A DNA stretch of 64,000 nucleotides from Oopsacas minuta (taxonomy: Eukaryota > Animalia > Porifera). A model generated the notes under the pieces. It did no database searches and was not told the DNA's origin. It was given only the letters and a program-made list of their open reading frames with translations. This document shows positions 51,401 to 64,000 of this stretch, piece after piece. Position numbers and translations under genes: made by a program. The stretch lies in assembly GCA_024704765.1 (NCBI GenBank), contig JAKMXF010000077.1, positions 152,850 through 216,849 on the forward strand, in the 5' to 3' direction. Every line of letters begins with the position of its first letter. Positions within the stretch are counted from its first letter, which is position 1.

Positions 51401-54159
51401 AAATAAGTCATACTGCTTATATGAGAAATAGTTAAGCATTTACAACAGCAATTATGACTCATGTTAAACTGAGTATTTCAAGTTGGTTTAGTAAACTACG
51501 AAAGTATTTACTGATTTATAATTGTAATAAGTATCTATATTATAAAAAATTTGGTTTATCACTAAATAATCAGTAAGCAGGAAGGGATGTCCAATATTTG
51601 GGAAATTTGGATTCTTCACACAAGTAGATAAGAACTACACAAGGAAATTCAACTTAAAGGGTATGCATGCGAACAAAATCAAACTTCCAAAATTAGGTTT
51701 TCAAACTCTCCACCAACCCTTTGTCATAGTTTTGGGTTCAATTCACAACTAAATTCAGGTTCATTTATGTGCAACAAAATAGAATATATATGCATTTTGA
51801 GGGTATAGGCATAATCAACATAGTTGAGAAGAAAATGAAGCTTTGTTGTTGGACATACGAAATTCTCCACTATGATATCATCTATTAAATTCGATTTTCA
51901 CGTGCTTCGAGGGACATTCCAACTTGAATATTCGCAGAACAATATACTGAACTTCCTCCACTTCTGTTTACATATTAGCATTAATATTATTGTGCCACAT
52001 GTGGCAGAAGTGGCACATCTCTTGTTTGTACTAATATGAAAATCAATTGAGATTTGGTAAAACAAGCCTATTCAACTGGTGGCCAGTATACCATTTCATA
52101 TTGTATTTTTAGTCAGAAATTACTCAGTTTTGGTATTCTTTGAAACCGCGGATTTACAAAAGTTTAATTCACCTTGAAAAGTGAATCTTGAAATAATTGA
52201 AGAAATTAGTGATCGAAAAGGTTAAGAAACACTGATCAAGGGTTTAGTCATGGTAGTAGCTAACCTCCAGCTAGGGGAATATATGGGCTTGGGGTAACAG
52301 TGACCCGAAGGATTCAAACATGCTATGAGTATGGTTCAATTCATTTGAACTTTATGCAATTAGTATTAAATAATTAAAATTGCTCATCATGAATATACTG
52401 GGCAAAGTTTGGCAAGAAAATAAATCATCAGAAAGTCAGCAAAATTAGTAAGGACAATGTTAATTAACTTTATCAATTAGTTCATTCATGTTTATTATGG
52501 TATGCGTAGTCAAATACTCTGGAAAATGCACAATTATCAAAATATTATGACGTTCAGCATTAAAGTAGCTTGAGATCGTATTGAATAAATTATTCAATCG
52601 TAAATGTGTTATTGACTAAAATAAGGTATAAAGCTCTATAACTAGTCAATTAATATGGGCATTTGATTAAAAACTGTTAAGAAAGCAATCAGATGACGCC
52701 ATTTCGACTAGGAAATAGTTAGTAGAGTTCAATCAATAATATACAAGTATATATAATAGTTTTTAAAGTTAACAGAAAGCTCAGTTATACATTTGCGGGG
52801 AGACTACTTGGAATGAAGGTGGCTGTTAATTCGATTCCAACGTTTTATCCTCGGATTTTCCTTAGAAAACGGATTAGCATATTCAAAATATTGAATCGAT
52901 TGCTCTAAAGTTTCAACCATCCCTCCTTGGGGCATATGATATTGAATATAAACAACGAAGGACAAGTTTGATAAGTGAGACAACAAATTGGAGTGTATAC
53001 AGAGGGTGGTAATTAAATTGGGAATTGAGGGGACAAAAAGACCCATAACTCAAAAGTGATACAGCACTGCAACCCAACATATGGCATTCAAGAAGATTTA
53101 TTCAACCAAAATCTGACTTCAAACCTTTACTGTAGTGAGAGTTGAGCATAACCATTATTTTGCTCTATCATTCCCCACGCCCCGATATTCAGGAAATTCA
53201 TCGTTGTGAAAATTTTCCAGGAATTGTGAATCTCTAAAAATTAACCTCAAACGATGAGCAACAATCGAAATAACTAAGTAAAATTACAAGTATATGTTAA
53301 TTAGATGAAATTCTTTCAGCGTTTGAAAAGTCACGATCAAAGTCCAAAGGGATGCTAGTTAAATAACAAATATATTTTGTTTCTAAGTGAAGCATAAAAG
53401 TTAAATAACAAATCCAGAATATTGCATGCTCAAAATTTTAACTTAATGTAAACCAAAATTAAAGACTGGGAGAACATTGCGAGATTTCTCTCTGAACAGC
53501 ACGGAAAAATATGGACAAGAGATGATGTCTGTAAATATGTAAAAGCATGATGAACAAACTTAAACCCTACATCGTTGACATTATAGATTTAGGCACCGCA
53601 TTGAGGACTGCAGAGGTCTTGCAGATGGCTAACTAGATAAGCTACCATAGAATTAAATATTAGGGAGACCGAAAGATTAAACACATCTAGTCTGGAATAG
53701 ATCTTACATTAAGGACATAGGGGATATACTATAGGCAAATCGAAAGGATTAGAATCATGAACCTAACTCTAGACATTTCTTTCAACTTTATACTGCTATC
53801 AATTACAGTTAGGAGAAGAAATATAACGAAAAAGGATTCAATTATATGTGAATGAAATGAGATATATATTTGGAAATCATCGAAACTTCCTCCGTATATA
53901 CTATAGCAATAAAGTACCTAGTCATGTATGAATAATTTCTTGAATTTCCAGGAAATATAGTTCTCAATTGTACATCAATTTAAAGAAATATTTCAAAAAT
54001 TGAGCTATCTTAAAAATATTGGTATGAAGGGATGAATTATGCAAATTATTAAGTTACCTATGTCAAATTTTATCCGAATTGCATTCTGTTGACACTCTAA
54101 GTGGTGCTTTTGAACAACTGTTAGTATTTCAGGACATTAAATGTTTCCAGTAAGATACT

Positions 54160-54745
54160 GCCGGTTTAGGACGCAAACTTGGACCATTGGATCGTATCCC
54201 TTTGCAGAGAAACCTGGACTGGGTATTCAGGGCGTGGCTAAGGATGAAGCCAACACTTAGATTTCTGATTAGACTTGGGCTGAGAATAGTATATCCAAGT
54301 CTCATCTATCGTCATTATCTCGGATGGTCTACATAGATCACAATTTTCATGTTGTAGAAGGAAGTATTTACAACATTCTACACGCTATTTAATGGGGCCT
54401 TGAAATTGAATGAGGAACCCATCGAGTATAGGCTTTCCTCCGAGGTATTCCTTCAGTATACGATAAGTACTTCCCGTTAAGACCACAGTATACATACGAA
54501 TCTCCTTAATAAAGCAGCAAGGAAAGTGGGGAAGAAATTAAAGAACTAATTCGACTGAGACTTCAAATGTAGCAGATATAGGCCAACAAGTCTGAGGCTC
54601 ATCCTCAATTGTCTTTCTCCCTCTGGAAATAGTTGAGTAACTTGAGAAGGTGGAGTAGGCAAGGGTTTCATCCTCACAAATCTCCTAAATATCAATGTGA
54701 TCTATTATAGTCTTTAACAAGGAACGAAACCTGAAATACACACCT
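54160..54745 (-). pseudogene. Degenerate mariner transposase fragment hosting the hAT insertion
   Basis: Minus strand RGRKTIEDEP and IMTIDETWIYYSQPKSNQKSKCWLHP (54241-54323). The 5' part continues at 58071 beyond the hAT. Confidence 0.7.
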
Positions 54746-54753
54746 CTTCTTGC

Positions 54754-57700
54754 CAGTAGCGTAGCCAGACCTTGAGCTCAATCTGGGCACACCTGGGGCA
54801 CTAATTCACTTTTAGTTCTTGGCTGTATAAGTCATTCAAACAATCACTATGATAATAATAGTGTATATCACCCAATAAGTAATTCTAGCAATTTACAAAC
54901 TATTAGTAATCACAACAAGCATATCCTGCGATTCTTGGGCTGATAAGCAAACCGGTCCACAACCACTTCTAATGGAAGACTAGAAGCAATATCGCTTTCT
55001 ATAGACAAAATGGCAAGATTATTAAGCCTTAATTGGCTCATGGTTGAGCGCAGATATGTCTTCGTTCGGTTGAGAGAGGAAAAATGAACGCTCACAAGCT
55101 GCACTACTAACAGTAATAGTTAACGCTATGTCTAATAACCGTAGCAACTCTGGAAACGCTTCCTTCAGTGATCTTAGTTTGTCAATAACATCATGAATAT
55201 CTTCCATGTGTTGATTTCTCAGAACTTTCTTCGCCTGCATCAACTCAATTTATACATCTTCCTCCGAAATTTTGTAGTTTACAAGCATAGGCTTGATTGT
55301 GGCAAATTCAAAAAAATTCTTAGACTTTGGAGAACAAGCTGAGATTCCTTTCATGCACAACTTTGATTCGTTATTAAAACGCTTGTTTAATTCATCTATT
55401 ATGCAATCAAGTACACGATAATAGATGCTAATGCAGTATTGATTTTCAGTTGAAAGTTCTTCTCGATGTACAACAGTAGTAGTGAGTAAGGCATCACACA
55501 GTTTACCAGGTAATTTGTGCTTTCTTTTTCGTGGTAAACTGCTTATTTCGATGTCGTGATCATCTGCAACCGTTAGAGCTTCATTCCAAATTTCCTTCCA
55601 CTGTTTCTCTGATCTGTAAGTCTGAAGAGTTTCAATGGTTGCATCAATCAATGACATTGCAGCACTAAAATCAAGGTCAGGATCCTGAAGTGTCTTTGAC
55701 AAACCGTTCGTCATACTGAAAAGATGGTTGAACATCACTAAGCATAATACGAATTTAAATTCAAATATCTGAAGAAAAAGTCCTTTTGCCTCTATTGCTC
55801 GATCTCGCTGCACACCATCNNNNNNNNNNNNNNNNNNNNNNNNNNNNNNNNNNNNNNNNNNNNNNNNNNNNNNNNNNNNNNNNNNNNNNNNNNNNNNNNN
55901 NNNNNNNNNNNNNNNNNNNNNNNNNNNNNNNNNNNNNNNNNNNNNNNNNNNNNNNNNNNNNNNNNNNNNNNNNNNNNNNNNNNNNNNNNNNNNNNNNNNN
56001 NNNNNNNNNNNNNNNNNNNNNNNNNNNNNNNNNNNNNNNNNNNNNNNNNNNNNNNNNNNNNNNNNNNNNNNNNNNNNNNNNNNNNNNNNNNNNNNNNNNN
56101 NNNNNNNNNNNNNNNNNNNNNNNNNNNNNNNNNNNNNNNNNNNNNNNNNNNNNNNNNNNNNNNNNNNNNNNNNNNNNNNNNNNNNNNNNNNNNNNNNNNN
56201 NNNNNNNNNNNNNNNNNNNNNNNNNNNNNNNNNNNNNNNNNNNNNNNNNNNNNNNNNNNNNNNNNNNNNNNNNNNNNNNNNNNNNNNNNNNNNNNNNNNN
56301 NNNNNNNNNNNNNNNNNNNNNNNNNNNNNNNNNNNNNNNNNNNNNNNNNNNNNNNNNNNNNNNNNNNNNNNNNNNNNNNNNNNNNNNNNNNNNNNNNNNN
56401 NNNNNNNNNNNNNNNNNNNNNNNNNNNNNNNNNNNNNNNNNNNNNNNNNNNNNNNNNNNNNNNNNNNNNNNNNNNNNNNNNNNNNNNNNNNNNNNNNNNN
56501 NNNNNNNNNNNNNNNNNNNNNNNNNNNNNNNNNNNNNNNNNNNNNNNNNNNNNNNNNNNNNNNNNNNNNNNNNNNNNNNNNNNNNNNNNNNNNNNNNNNN
56601 NNNNNNNNNNNNNNNNNNNNNNNNNNNNNNNNNNNNNNNNNNNNNNNNNNNNNNNNNNNNNNNNNNNNNNNNNNNNNNNNNNNNNNNNNNNNNNNNNNNN
56701 NNNNNNNNNNNNNNNNNNNNNNNNNNNNNNNNNNNNNNNNNNNNNNNNNNNNNNNNNNNNNNNNNNNNNNNNNNNNNNNNNNNNNNNNNNNNNNNNNNNN
56801 NCTCAGTGCTATTTCTTACCTTGCGCATAGAAGGATGATCTCCGCAATGGTTTTGACATAGTGACGATTTCCTTTATCACATTCTTTCCGATTTTGTCTA
56901 GACTACGAGTTATTGTTGTTCCATACTGAATGTTGAACTTGTATTCTTCCCAAGTATGGAAAGCCTCCACATGTGCCATACTCTTTCTGTGCTCAATCAA
57001 TCTTCCTTTTTGACCAGTAGCATGTTTCCAGTCCCTAGAACCAACTCGTGTGAAAGGTGCATCTGGCCGATTCAAGCGACTGGAAAACCATCGACATGGA
57101 AAGCAATAGGCTGCATCTCGGTTAACAGAATATTCAAGCCAAGAGTAGGTCTTATACCAATCTGGATTAAATGAGCGGAGTTTTTCTCCAAACTTAGTTG
57201 TAGGGAATTTAATACGAGGTTGCTTTGGTATATGAGATAAGTACAGCGCAATATCTATAGTGATACATATTTGAAATGTAAAGAGGCATATAATTAATAT
57301 GTACATAGAGGTTTCTATGATATCTCACCTTGACATTCCTCAGTTGTATCTGTGGGAATAGTGCCGCTCTCAAACCTTCGCTCTGCACTGCTCGCTGTTG
57401 GTGAATCTTGTAACTTTGCTTGACTATTCATAAATTCGTCCTTACTGGATGAAGTTATTTCAGTTTGATCAACTCGTAGTTGTGACTCAGTCAAACCGAA
57501 TTTCTTCCTCTGATGTCCTTGAGCATTCTTTATTCTCGTACTCTTTGGGTAGAGGCTCCGTACACCATAAACTAGTCAAGGTAATCCTTTTGGCCATTTG
57601 GAAGATCTAGTTGTAATTACCAAAGGGAATGTAAACTAAGCGACCCTGAATATCCGAACATGCCCACTGACCCCAGTTCCTATCCCATTAAATAGTTGTC

Positions 57701-58062
57701 AATCTTTTAGCGAGCTTCGATTATCGAAACTTTTGGACTTGTTCCAACGAGTCCGATAATCGAGGTTCACTTATTTGAAATTAATAAAAAAGCACTCGAA
57801 AATATCAGTCAATTGAGATTTTACAAAGCAATGGTTGAACAATAATAGAGCAGTAATGTAGCTGTATCCATTAGAAAAGAATATATTTGGACTCCCTCTT
57901 TGGGATGGATAAGCCCTTGCAGCAGCCCCTAAGATTGAAATAGTGAGGTCGTGGGCCCCACAATAGGTGCGACAACTGGGGACTCAGCTGCGACAACAGG
58001 AGCCTCAGCTGCGCTAACCGGGGCCTGGCCACGGCTGGCCCCCTCCCTTGGCTACGCCACTG
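54754..58062 (-). mobile_element. hAT transposon (ZMYM1-like) with 8-bp TSD, spanning an assembly gap
   Basis: TIRs CAGT(A/G)GCGTAGCCA; exact TSD CTTCTTGC at 54746-54753 and 58063-58070. Transposase ~57597-54910 (WYKTYSWLEYS..DAAYCFPCR, TVSSAACERSF). Confidence 0.95.
55820..56801. other. Assembly gap (982 N)
   Basis: Run of N inside the hAT transposase; the poly-X ORFs are artefacts. Confidence 0.99.
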
Positions 58063-58179
58063 CTTCTTGCTCATTTTTGACGATATATAAGCCTTAATTG
58101 TATAAGCAGCAAAATGACAAGATTGAAACATCAAGAACTTGAAAAGTATGTATGATAACTTCGATTCCAAAGACTCATA

Positions 58180-58781
58180 CTAAGGCGTTCAATAAGTCTT
58201 GTGGGTGATATCATAGAATAAGATACAAACATTATAGACACTAATTCACTATATTATTTATTGAAAGTAATCCCACTGCAGATACACAAAGTTTTAACCT
58301 TTCCACCCACTTGTAAAACATTTCTGTCTTCTTCGGGGATGGATTTGAAGTACTGGTACGGCCCCGTTCTGAGTGCTTGTAATGTGTAAAATCTTTGGCT
58401 TGAAGGTAGATTTTAAGCATGGAGAATAACAAAGAATAACATGGAGCTTGGTCTGATGAGTATGGTGGATGGGGAAGTAATTCTATCCTTCTACATCCAA
58501 AAGATTTTGGTAAGCCTAGCTGTATGGGAACTGGCGTTATCAATTAAAATCTTCATTCCTCGAGTTCCGGTTTTCGGGCGGTACTTTTCTATATTTTTTA
58601 TCAAATTTGGAAGCACCTCTGTAATGAAAGTAGCAGTAACAGCCTTGCCACTCTCACAAGGTAATTGCAAGACAATTCCATGACTACTGAAGAAGATGGT
58701 ACATAATCTTAGGTTTTCGGGGTCAGGCCTAGGAATTTTCGCCGGTTGTTCGTCGCCCCTCGCCCATGATTGCTTCTTATA
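58180..58781 (-). mobile_element. 3' half of a mariner of the same family as 40827-42130
   Basis: TA then TIR CTAAGGCGTTCAATAAGTCTTG. Colinear with the reverse complement of ~41520-42130; ends at the TA where the maT element begins. Confidence 0.88.
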
Positions 58782-60093
58782 CAGGGTGTCTAATAAGTTC
58801 TGTTATACATTTTGGCGCCTTAGACAGTAGCTATTAATATACTTATGAAGTAATCTTCTAGAATTTCTTGTAGCATTTTTGGCGCTCTTTCGAATTATAC
58901 CAAGTATATATCATTCAAGTTGATGATTTCCCAGAAAATCATGTTAGAAGAAATTCGTTCAAAAATTGCCACTTTCCACGAATCTGGGTTTAGCAACAGT
59001 GAAATTCTAAAAAGGCTAAAAAATGATAAAGTCAATCCCACGTTGATCTATCGCACAATAAAACGATATATTGAGACTGGGAGCGTGTCTGACAGGAAGC
59101 GAATTGGTCGTCCAAGATCCGCTCGCACATCAGCCCTGAAGAATAGTGTTAGATGTCGAATCCTGAGAAATCCCCGGCGTTCAATGCGAAAAATGTCTCG
59201 TGAATTCTGTGTTCAATCACGAAACGATACGGAAATTGGTTGTAGAGGACCTAGGAATGAAGTCCTATAAGAGGAAAAACGCACACCATCTTAACGACTC
59301 CATATATCGTAAGCGACTCAAAAGATGCATACAACTAAAAGCCCGATTCGCTTCTGGGACTGAAGATCAGATTCTCTTCTCAGATGAGAAGCTGTTCACT
59401 TTTGAGGAGGCAAGCAATCGTCAAAACGACCGTATACTTGCTTCTCGAAGTCAGGATATCCCAGTTAGCATCAAGTACATTGATAGAGTCCAGAAGCCTC
59501 TTTCTCTGATGGTATGGGCGGGAGTGTCGGCAGACTCACGGACAAACCTGATTTTTGTCCCCCAAGGAATGAAAATAAACTCCCAGACCTACAGAGAGCT
59601 GGTCTTGGAGCCTGAAATTGCGTCTGCTGGTGAGAAGCTCTTTCAAAACCATCCTTGGATTTACCAACAAGCCTTGCGCCTGCACATGCTTCAAAAGTAT
59701 CCCAGGGTTGGTTCCGAGAGCAAAATATCGATTTCATAAGTAAGGATGAATGGTCACCATCAAGCCCAGATTTAAACCCACTCCACTATTCTGTTTGGGC
59801 AAACTTGGAGAGAAGGGCCTGTGCGAAATCTCACAAGAGTTTGGAGTCCCTCAAAGTTAGTGTGTTGAGTGGATGGCAGAAAATCCCACGGGAGGAACTG
59901 CGAAAAGCTGTCCATCAGTTTCGGAGCAGACTAACTTCCGTAATTCATAAAAAGGGAGGCTATATTGAATGATATTTGTAATGTGTAATTAGGAACATAA
60001 GTCCTAAGAAAATAGAAGGTTTCATGGGTTTATAATGGATAAATTTGAAATTATTGGGGAATTGACATATAACAGAACTTACTAGACACCCTG
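58782..60093 (+). mobile_element. maT DD37D element, frameshifted transposase
   Basis: 26-bp TIRs CAGGGTGTCTAATAAGTTCTGTTATA (1 mismatch), TA flanks. ORFs 58920-59972 carry LFSDEK and QQ-APAH...WSPSSPDLNPLHY (37-residue spacing). Confidence 0.92.
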
Positions 60094-61409
60094 TAGTTAT
60101 TACCAAGTTAAAAATGGGCTATATATGAATCCTATACAATTATTGTAGAGCATATCTATATTATCTTAGAAGGTTGGTGCCAAATATTGTATCTTTGACT
60201 AAGACTACTAGAAGATAATAGTGTATAAAATACAATGATTTTAGCAAATACAATTTTTGGTATCACACATTTTCAATTATATTCAGTATTTTTCAACTAT
60301 ACTAACTTCTTTTTAGTACATTGATTTTATATCACTCAGTTTGGATTATTTATGATAACCTGTTTCATACACTAGAATCCCTCAATGATATAGAATAATT
60401 CTAATTCAAGATCCACCCTCTATCGATAATATTTTTTGAGATGCCTCGCCCAGAAGTCAATGCACTATGAGCAAATCAAAAGGTTTTCCTCGTGTCTGGA
60501 AGTCATAATACTCCTAAAACATAGATACATCAAGTAATGGACCTAATCTGTCTATTAAGGACCTGAAAGCAGTCCTCCCTCCCACAAACGGCAACAAGAC
60601 TTAGCGGATGAGCACTTAGGCCATACCCAAGCCCGCAGTCTAAGGTTTGGACCCTGACATACTTAGATCCGCCTCTACCAGTGTCACGTTGACCGGGATC
60701 TCCTCATAAATTTCTCTGGAGTGTCTCTCCCTCTCCAGCAATGCTACTGCTCAGACCTTAGCACGCTGCGCAACTGCAGCGGCGGCTAGAGCACCAGTTA
60801 TCAGGTATTCTGCTAATCGACTATTCCTAAAAATTGATTCAGACTAAATGTCAATACTACTATATTTAAATAATTCCCACTCACGAGTAAGATTCCTAAA
60901 TAAGTTCCCAGGGGAGGTTAACTCAGATACCCGCTCCAAGTCCCCCTGTTCAGCCTATCTTTTCAAAGTGTACGTTCAGCCATGCCTAATATCATTAAAC
61001 AGACAACTATTGATAATTAAGATTCACATAAATATATTGGAAGAAAATTCAAAATATTTTCGCCTAGTTGTCGTATAATATTATCCATTATAGTATTGTA
61101 AATTGTCAAGTATATTATGACCTTACATTGTGTGATATATATTCAATTTTTGGGCGGATAACAGCTGGTAGTAAAATGGGTGGCATGCGATGTAAACGAC
61201 CCATTAGGCCTGGAAAAAGTATATATTTACTTTATTATATTCCAGATATATATTTGGTATAACAAAAATATTGCATCATAATCTCAAATACAAGGTAATT
61301 TGTAAGTTTTCGCATCCAATTGTCTGTAGAACAGGCTATTTCTGGGTATCACTGGATCAGATATTCGCTTTTGTCATAAGAGCCTAGAACTTCATCATTT
61401 CCGTCGTTT

Positions 61410-62135
61410 CTCCAATATTAATTTATCTATAACTAGCCTTTGGCTCGTCACTTCGAGATGAATTCAGCGCATTGCGCCTCGAGGTATTCAACAGACAAAT
61501 AAACAGACAAAAAACAATTGAGATTTAAAAATATTGATGTTGTTTACAATTCTCGGACTCAGCATAATCGAGTATGCCAGTATAGTCGCTAAAAGTATGA
61601 TTCTACCTCAATTATAAAATTGTTCACTTTATGTACCTAAAAGTAAACAAATATTCACAATATATTGTTTACCATATCATATTCGGACTCAGCATACTCG
61701 AATACCCCAGGATAGTCGTTGAAAGTATGATTCTACCTCAAATTTGAAATTTGTTTACTTTATATTCATAAAACAACCAAAAATTTACAAATAGAAACTT
61801 GAAAATACGATCTTCGGATTCAGCGCACTGTGTTACCAATGTATAGCTGTTTAGAGCAAGCCAGTATGTATCTTTTGAGATTTAGATAATTTGTTTACTA
61901 TATATTCATAAAAACAACAATAAATTTACATATGATTAATCCAAAAGTGTGAAAATCGGATTCAGCATGTTCAATATATTTTGTGAAGTTTTATTGAATT
62001 CTATTTACTTCCTTGATAAACACGATAAATACATACTTATGCGACTATAACAACTTTGCATACCGTAAATCCTTTCCTTGACAACCGATAAACAGACAGA
62101 CAGAGTACAATTGAGATTTAGTATTATAGAGTTAA
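61410..62135 (+). repeat. Two adjacent Helentron/HINE-like non-autonomous units
   Basis: Start ACTAGCC..GTCACTTCG. Both units end with an ACAGAC microsatellite plus ACAATTGAGATTTA. The second contains 4 degenerate repeats anchored by CGGA(C/T)TCAGC. Confidence 0.5.
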
Positions 62136-62147
62136 ATACACAATATA

Positions 62148-62577
62148 CATGGTGGCCAATAAGTTCTGGCACATAGAAAAACTATTATAATTTAACCAAT
62201 ATTCATTATATAGAGTTGATATTATAGCATGAGGAGTTAGGCATTATGAGTTTATTGTGCATAATCTCTATTCTATGTATCCGCCTTTCTTTTTGATAAC
62301 AACCTTCAGACGCCTGGAGACTGCCCACACTGCGGTACGCAGCATCTCCTGTGGGATTTTTGCCCATTTTCTTGTCAGAGATTGCTTTAGAGACTGAATA
62401 CTGTTATGGGACTTCGAGAAAGCACTTGACTCTAAATGGACCACACTGAGAAATCTAGAGGGTTGAGGTCTGGGCTAGACGGCGGCCATTCTACATTTGA
62501 GATAAAGTCAGGAATATTTGTCTGAAGCCATTCCTGAGTACTGTTTGCTGTATGGGCAGGAGCACCGTCTTGTTGGA
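62148..62577 (-). mobile_element. 3' part of a maT DD37D element, cut by the MULE insertion
   Basis: TA then TIR-like CATGGTGGCCAATAAGTTCTGGCACA; minus strand QQDGAPAH...WPPSSPDLNPLDFSVWSI. Confidence 0.85.
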
Positions 62578-64000
62578 CGGATACCGACAAAACGTTCCAC
62601 GACAAAATGTTCCACGACAAAATGTTCCAGACAAAATGTTCCACGACAAAATGTTCCAGCGACAAAACGTTCCACGACATTTCGCTCCACTTTTGATTGG
62701 TCAATTTTTTTTGTTAATAATTTAACAGGTTTTAAATGGCTAAATAATATTGCAAATATAATCAATTAATTTGGGATGAATGATTTCAGAAGAATCTGAT
62801 GTTACAGTTTTGATAGCGTAAACCTAAATATAGAAGTTCTGTGTTAGCAAAGTGAGGTAAGATGATTTATAGTAAAGGTAACGAATTTATATTAGGAATG
62901 CACACGTAGTAATTAATTCCTTTGATGGAGAAGATGCGAAATTAATTGTATATTTGCCAGCAAACATGGAGTCACCTTTATAAGATGCGAAATTAATTCC
63001 TTTGAAGGAGAAGATGCGAAATTAATTGTTGTTTGCCAGTAAACATGGAGTCACCTTTGTAGTTCTATTTAAATGTTGCAATTGTATTATTTTCAGCTTG
63101 CACTATCAGCTAAATATTATTTGCCATATTTTTATATCTTTTTAACAACTCGTGATTTATCAATGGACCCTGATCAGCCCTCCTTCAGGCTGATCAGAAC
63201 AAATAACGGAGGACAAAAGCTGTTAGAAGGAGGATACGTATACTTGATGCATAGGAGAGTTGGAGAAATGAAACATTGGCAGTGTGAGCAGAGAGGAGAG
63301 TGTAAAGCAAGGGTTCATACGAAGGGAATAGAGATAGTGAAGCGTACGAATGAGCATCTGCATGTACCTGATGTGCAGGCTACGGCCTGCTGTGAGATGA
63401 AGGCCAGCATCAAGAGGAAAGCACGAGACACACAGGATAGCTCACACCACATAATCGGTGAGGTATGCTAACAGCATCAGAGGGTACTGCCGCTAAACTA
63501 CCTAAGCTGGACAGCCTGAAGCGGACGATACAGCGTCAGCGTGCAAGTGTATTATCAGCTCCAGTGCAGCCTACCGCCCTAGCAGAATTGGTTCTACCTG
63601 CAGAATACCAGCGGACAGCCAAGGGGGAACAGTTCCTACTCTATGACTCTGGGGAAGACGATGCACATAGATTCCTCATCTTTGGGACACAACGCAACCT
63701 CGGGATGCTACAGCAAAGCAAGATCTGGCTAGCTGATGGCACCTTCAAGACGGCGCCCCCCCTTTTCGCCCAGGTGTATGTGGTGCATGGACTCCGCGGT
63801 GGAGACGATCCTATGAAGACTGGTCATCTGTTGCCGAGTCTGTTCGTGCTACTGCCCAACAAGACAGAGGATACCTCCGTAGGATGTCGGAGCAGATCCG
63901 CATACTCTGTCCTCTTGCCCAGCCTGAACAGATGCTCCTGGACTTTGAGAAGGGCGCGATTAACAGCTTTGAGCATGTGTGGCCTAACACAGTGGTGAAG
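62578..64000 (+). mobile_element. FLYWCH-MULE element, same family as the palindrome; runs off the window
   Basis: Terminus CGGATACCGACAAAA, six 15-bp subterminal repeats CGACAAAATGTTCCA, transposase from ~63163 (MDPDQPSFR.., WLADGTFKTAPPLF). Confidence 0.93.

Noticed and set aside
55761-56838. Two long ORFs of ~350 aa
   Set aside because: Translation through the N gap.
62584-62680. 15-bp repeats as a CRISPR-like array
   Set aside because: Direct tandem repeats with no spacers, at a transposon end, in eukaryotic-type DNA with no cas genes.

Overview
AT-rich eukaryotic (animal-like, by inference) DNA that is essentially a graveyard of DNA transposons. I found no intact host gene, RNA gene, CRISPR array or convincing retrotransposon. 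Tc1/mariner elements dominate: mariner DD34D, Tc1 DD34E, a DD37 Tc1-like copy, maT DD37D and rosa-type DD41D, several of them nested. There are also two ZMYM1-type hAT elements (one spanning a 982-N gap) and FLYWCH-MULE (Phantom-like) elements, one of which forms a ~3.8 kb near-perfect palindrome (10.5-14.3 kb). Three decayed genes emerge only by reading across stops and frameshifts by hand: (i) a ~2.85 kb tyrosine-recombinase gene with zinc-finger, SAM-like and Myb-like parts (24.0-26.9 kb, minus); (ii) a ~2 kb RAG1/Transib-like transposase (32.1-34.1 kb, minus); (iii) an internally deleted THAP/P-element transposase (8.9-10.2 kb, minus). Helentron/HINE-like small elements and hairpins are scattered in between. 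Family calls rest on motifs recognised by eye; no database search was run.
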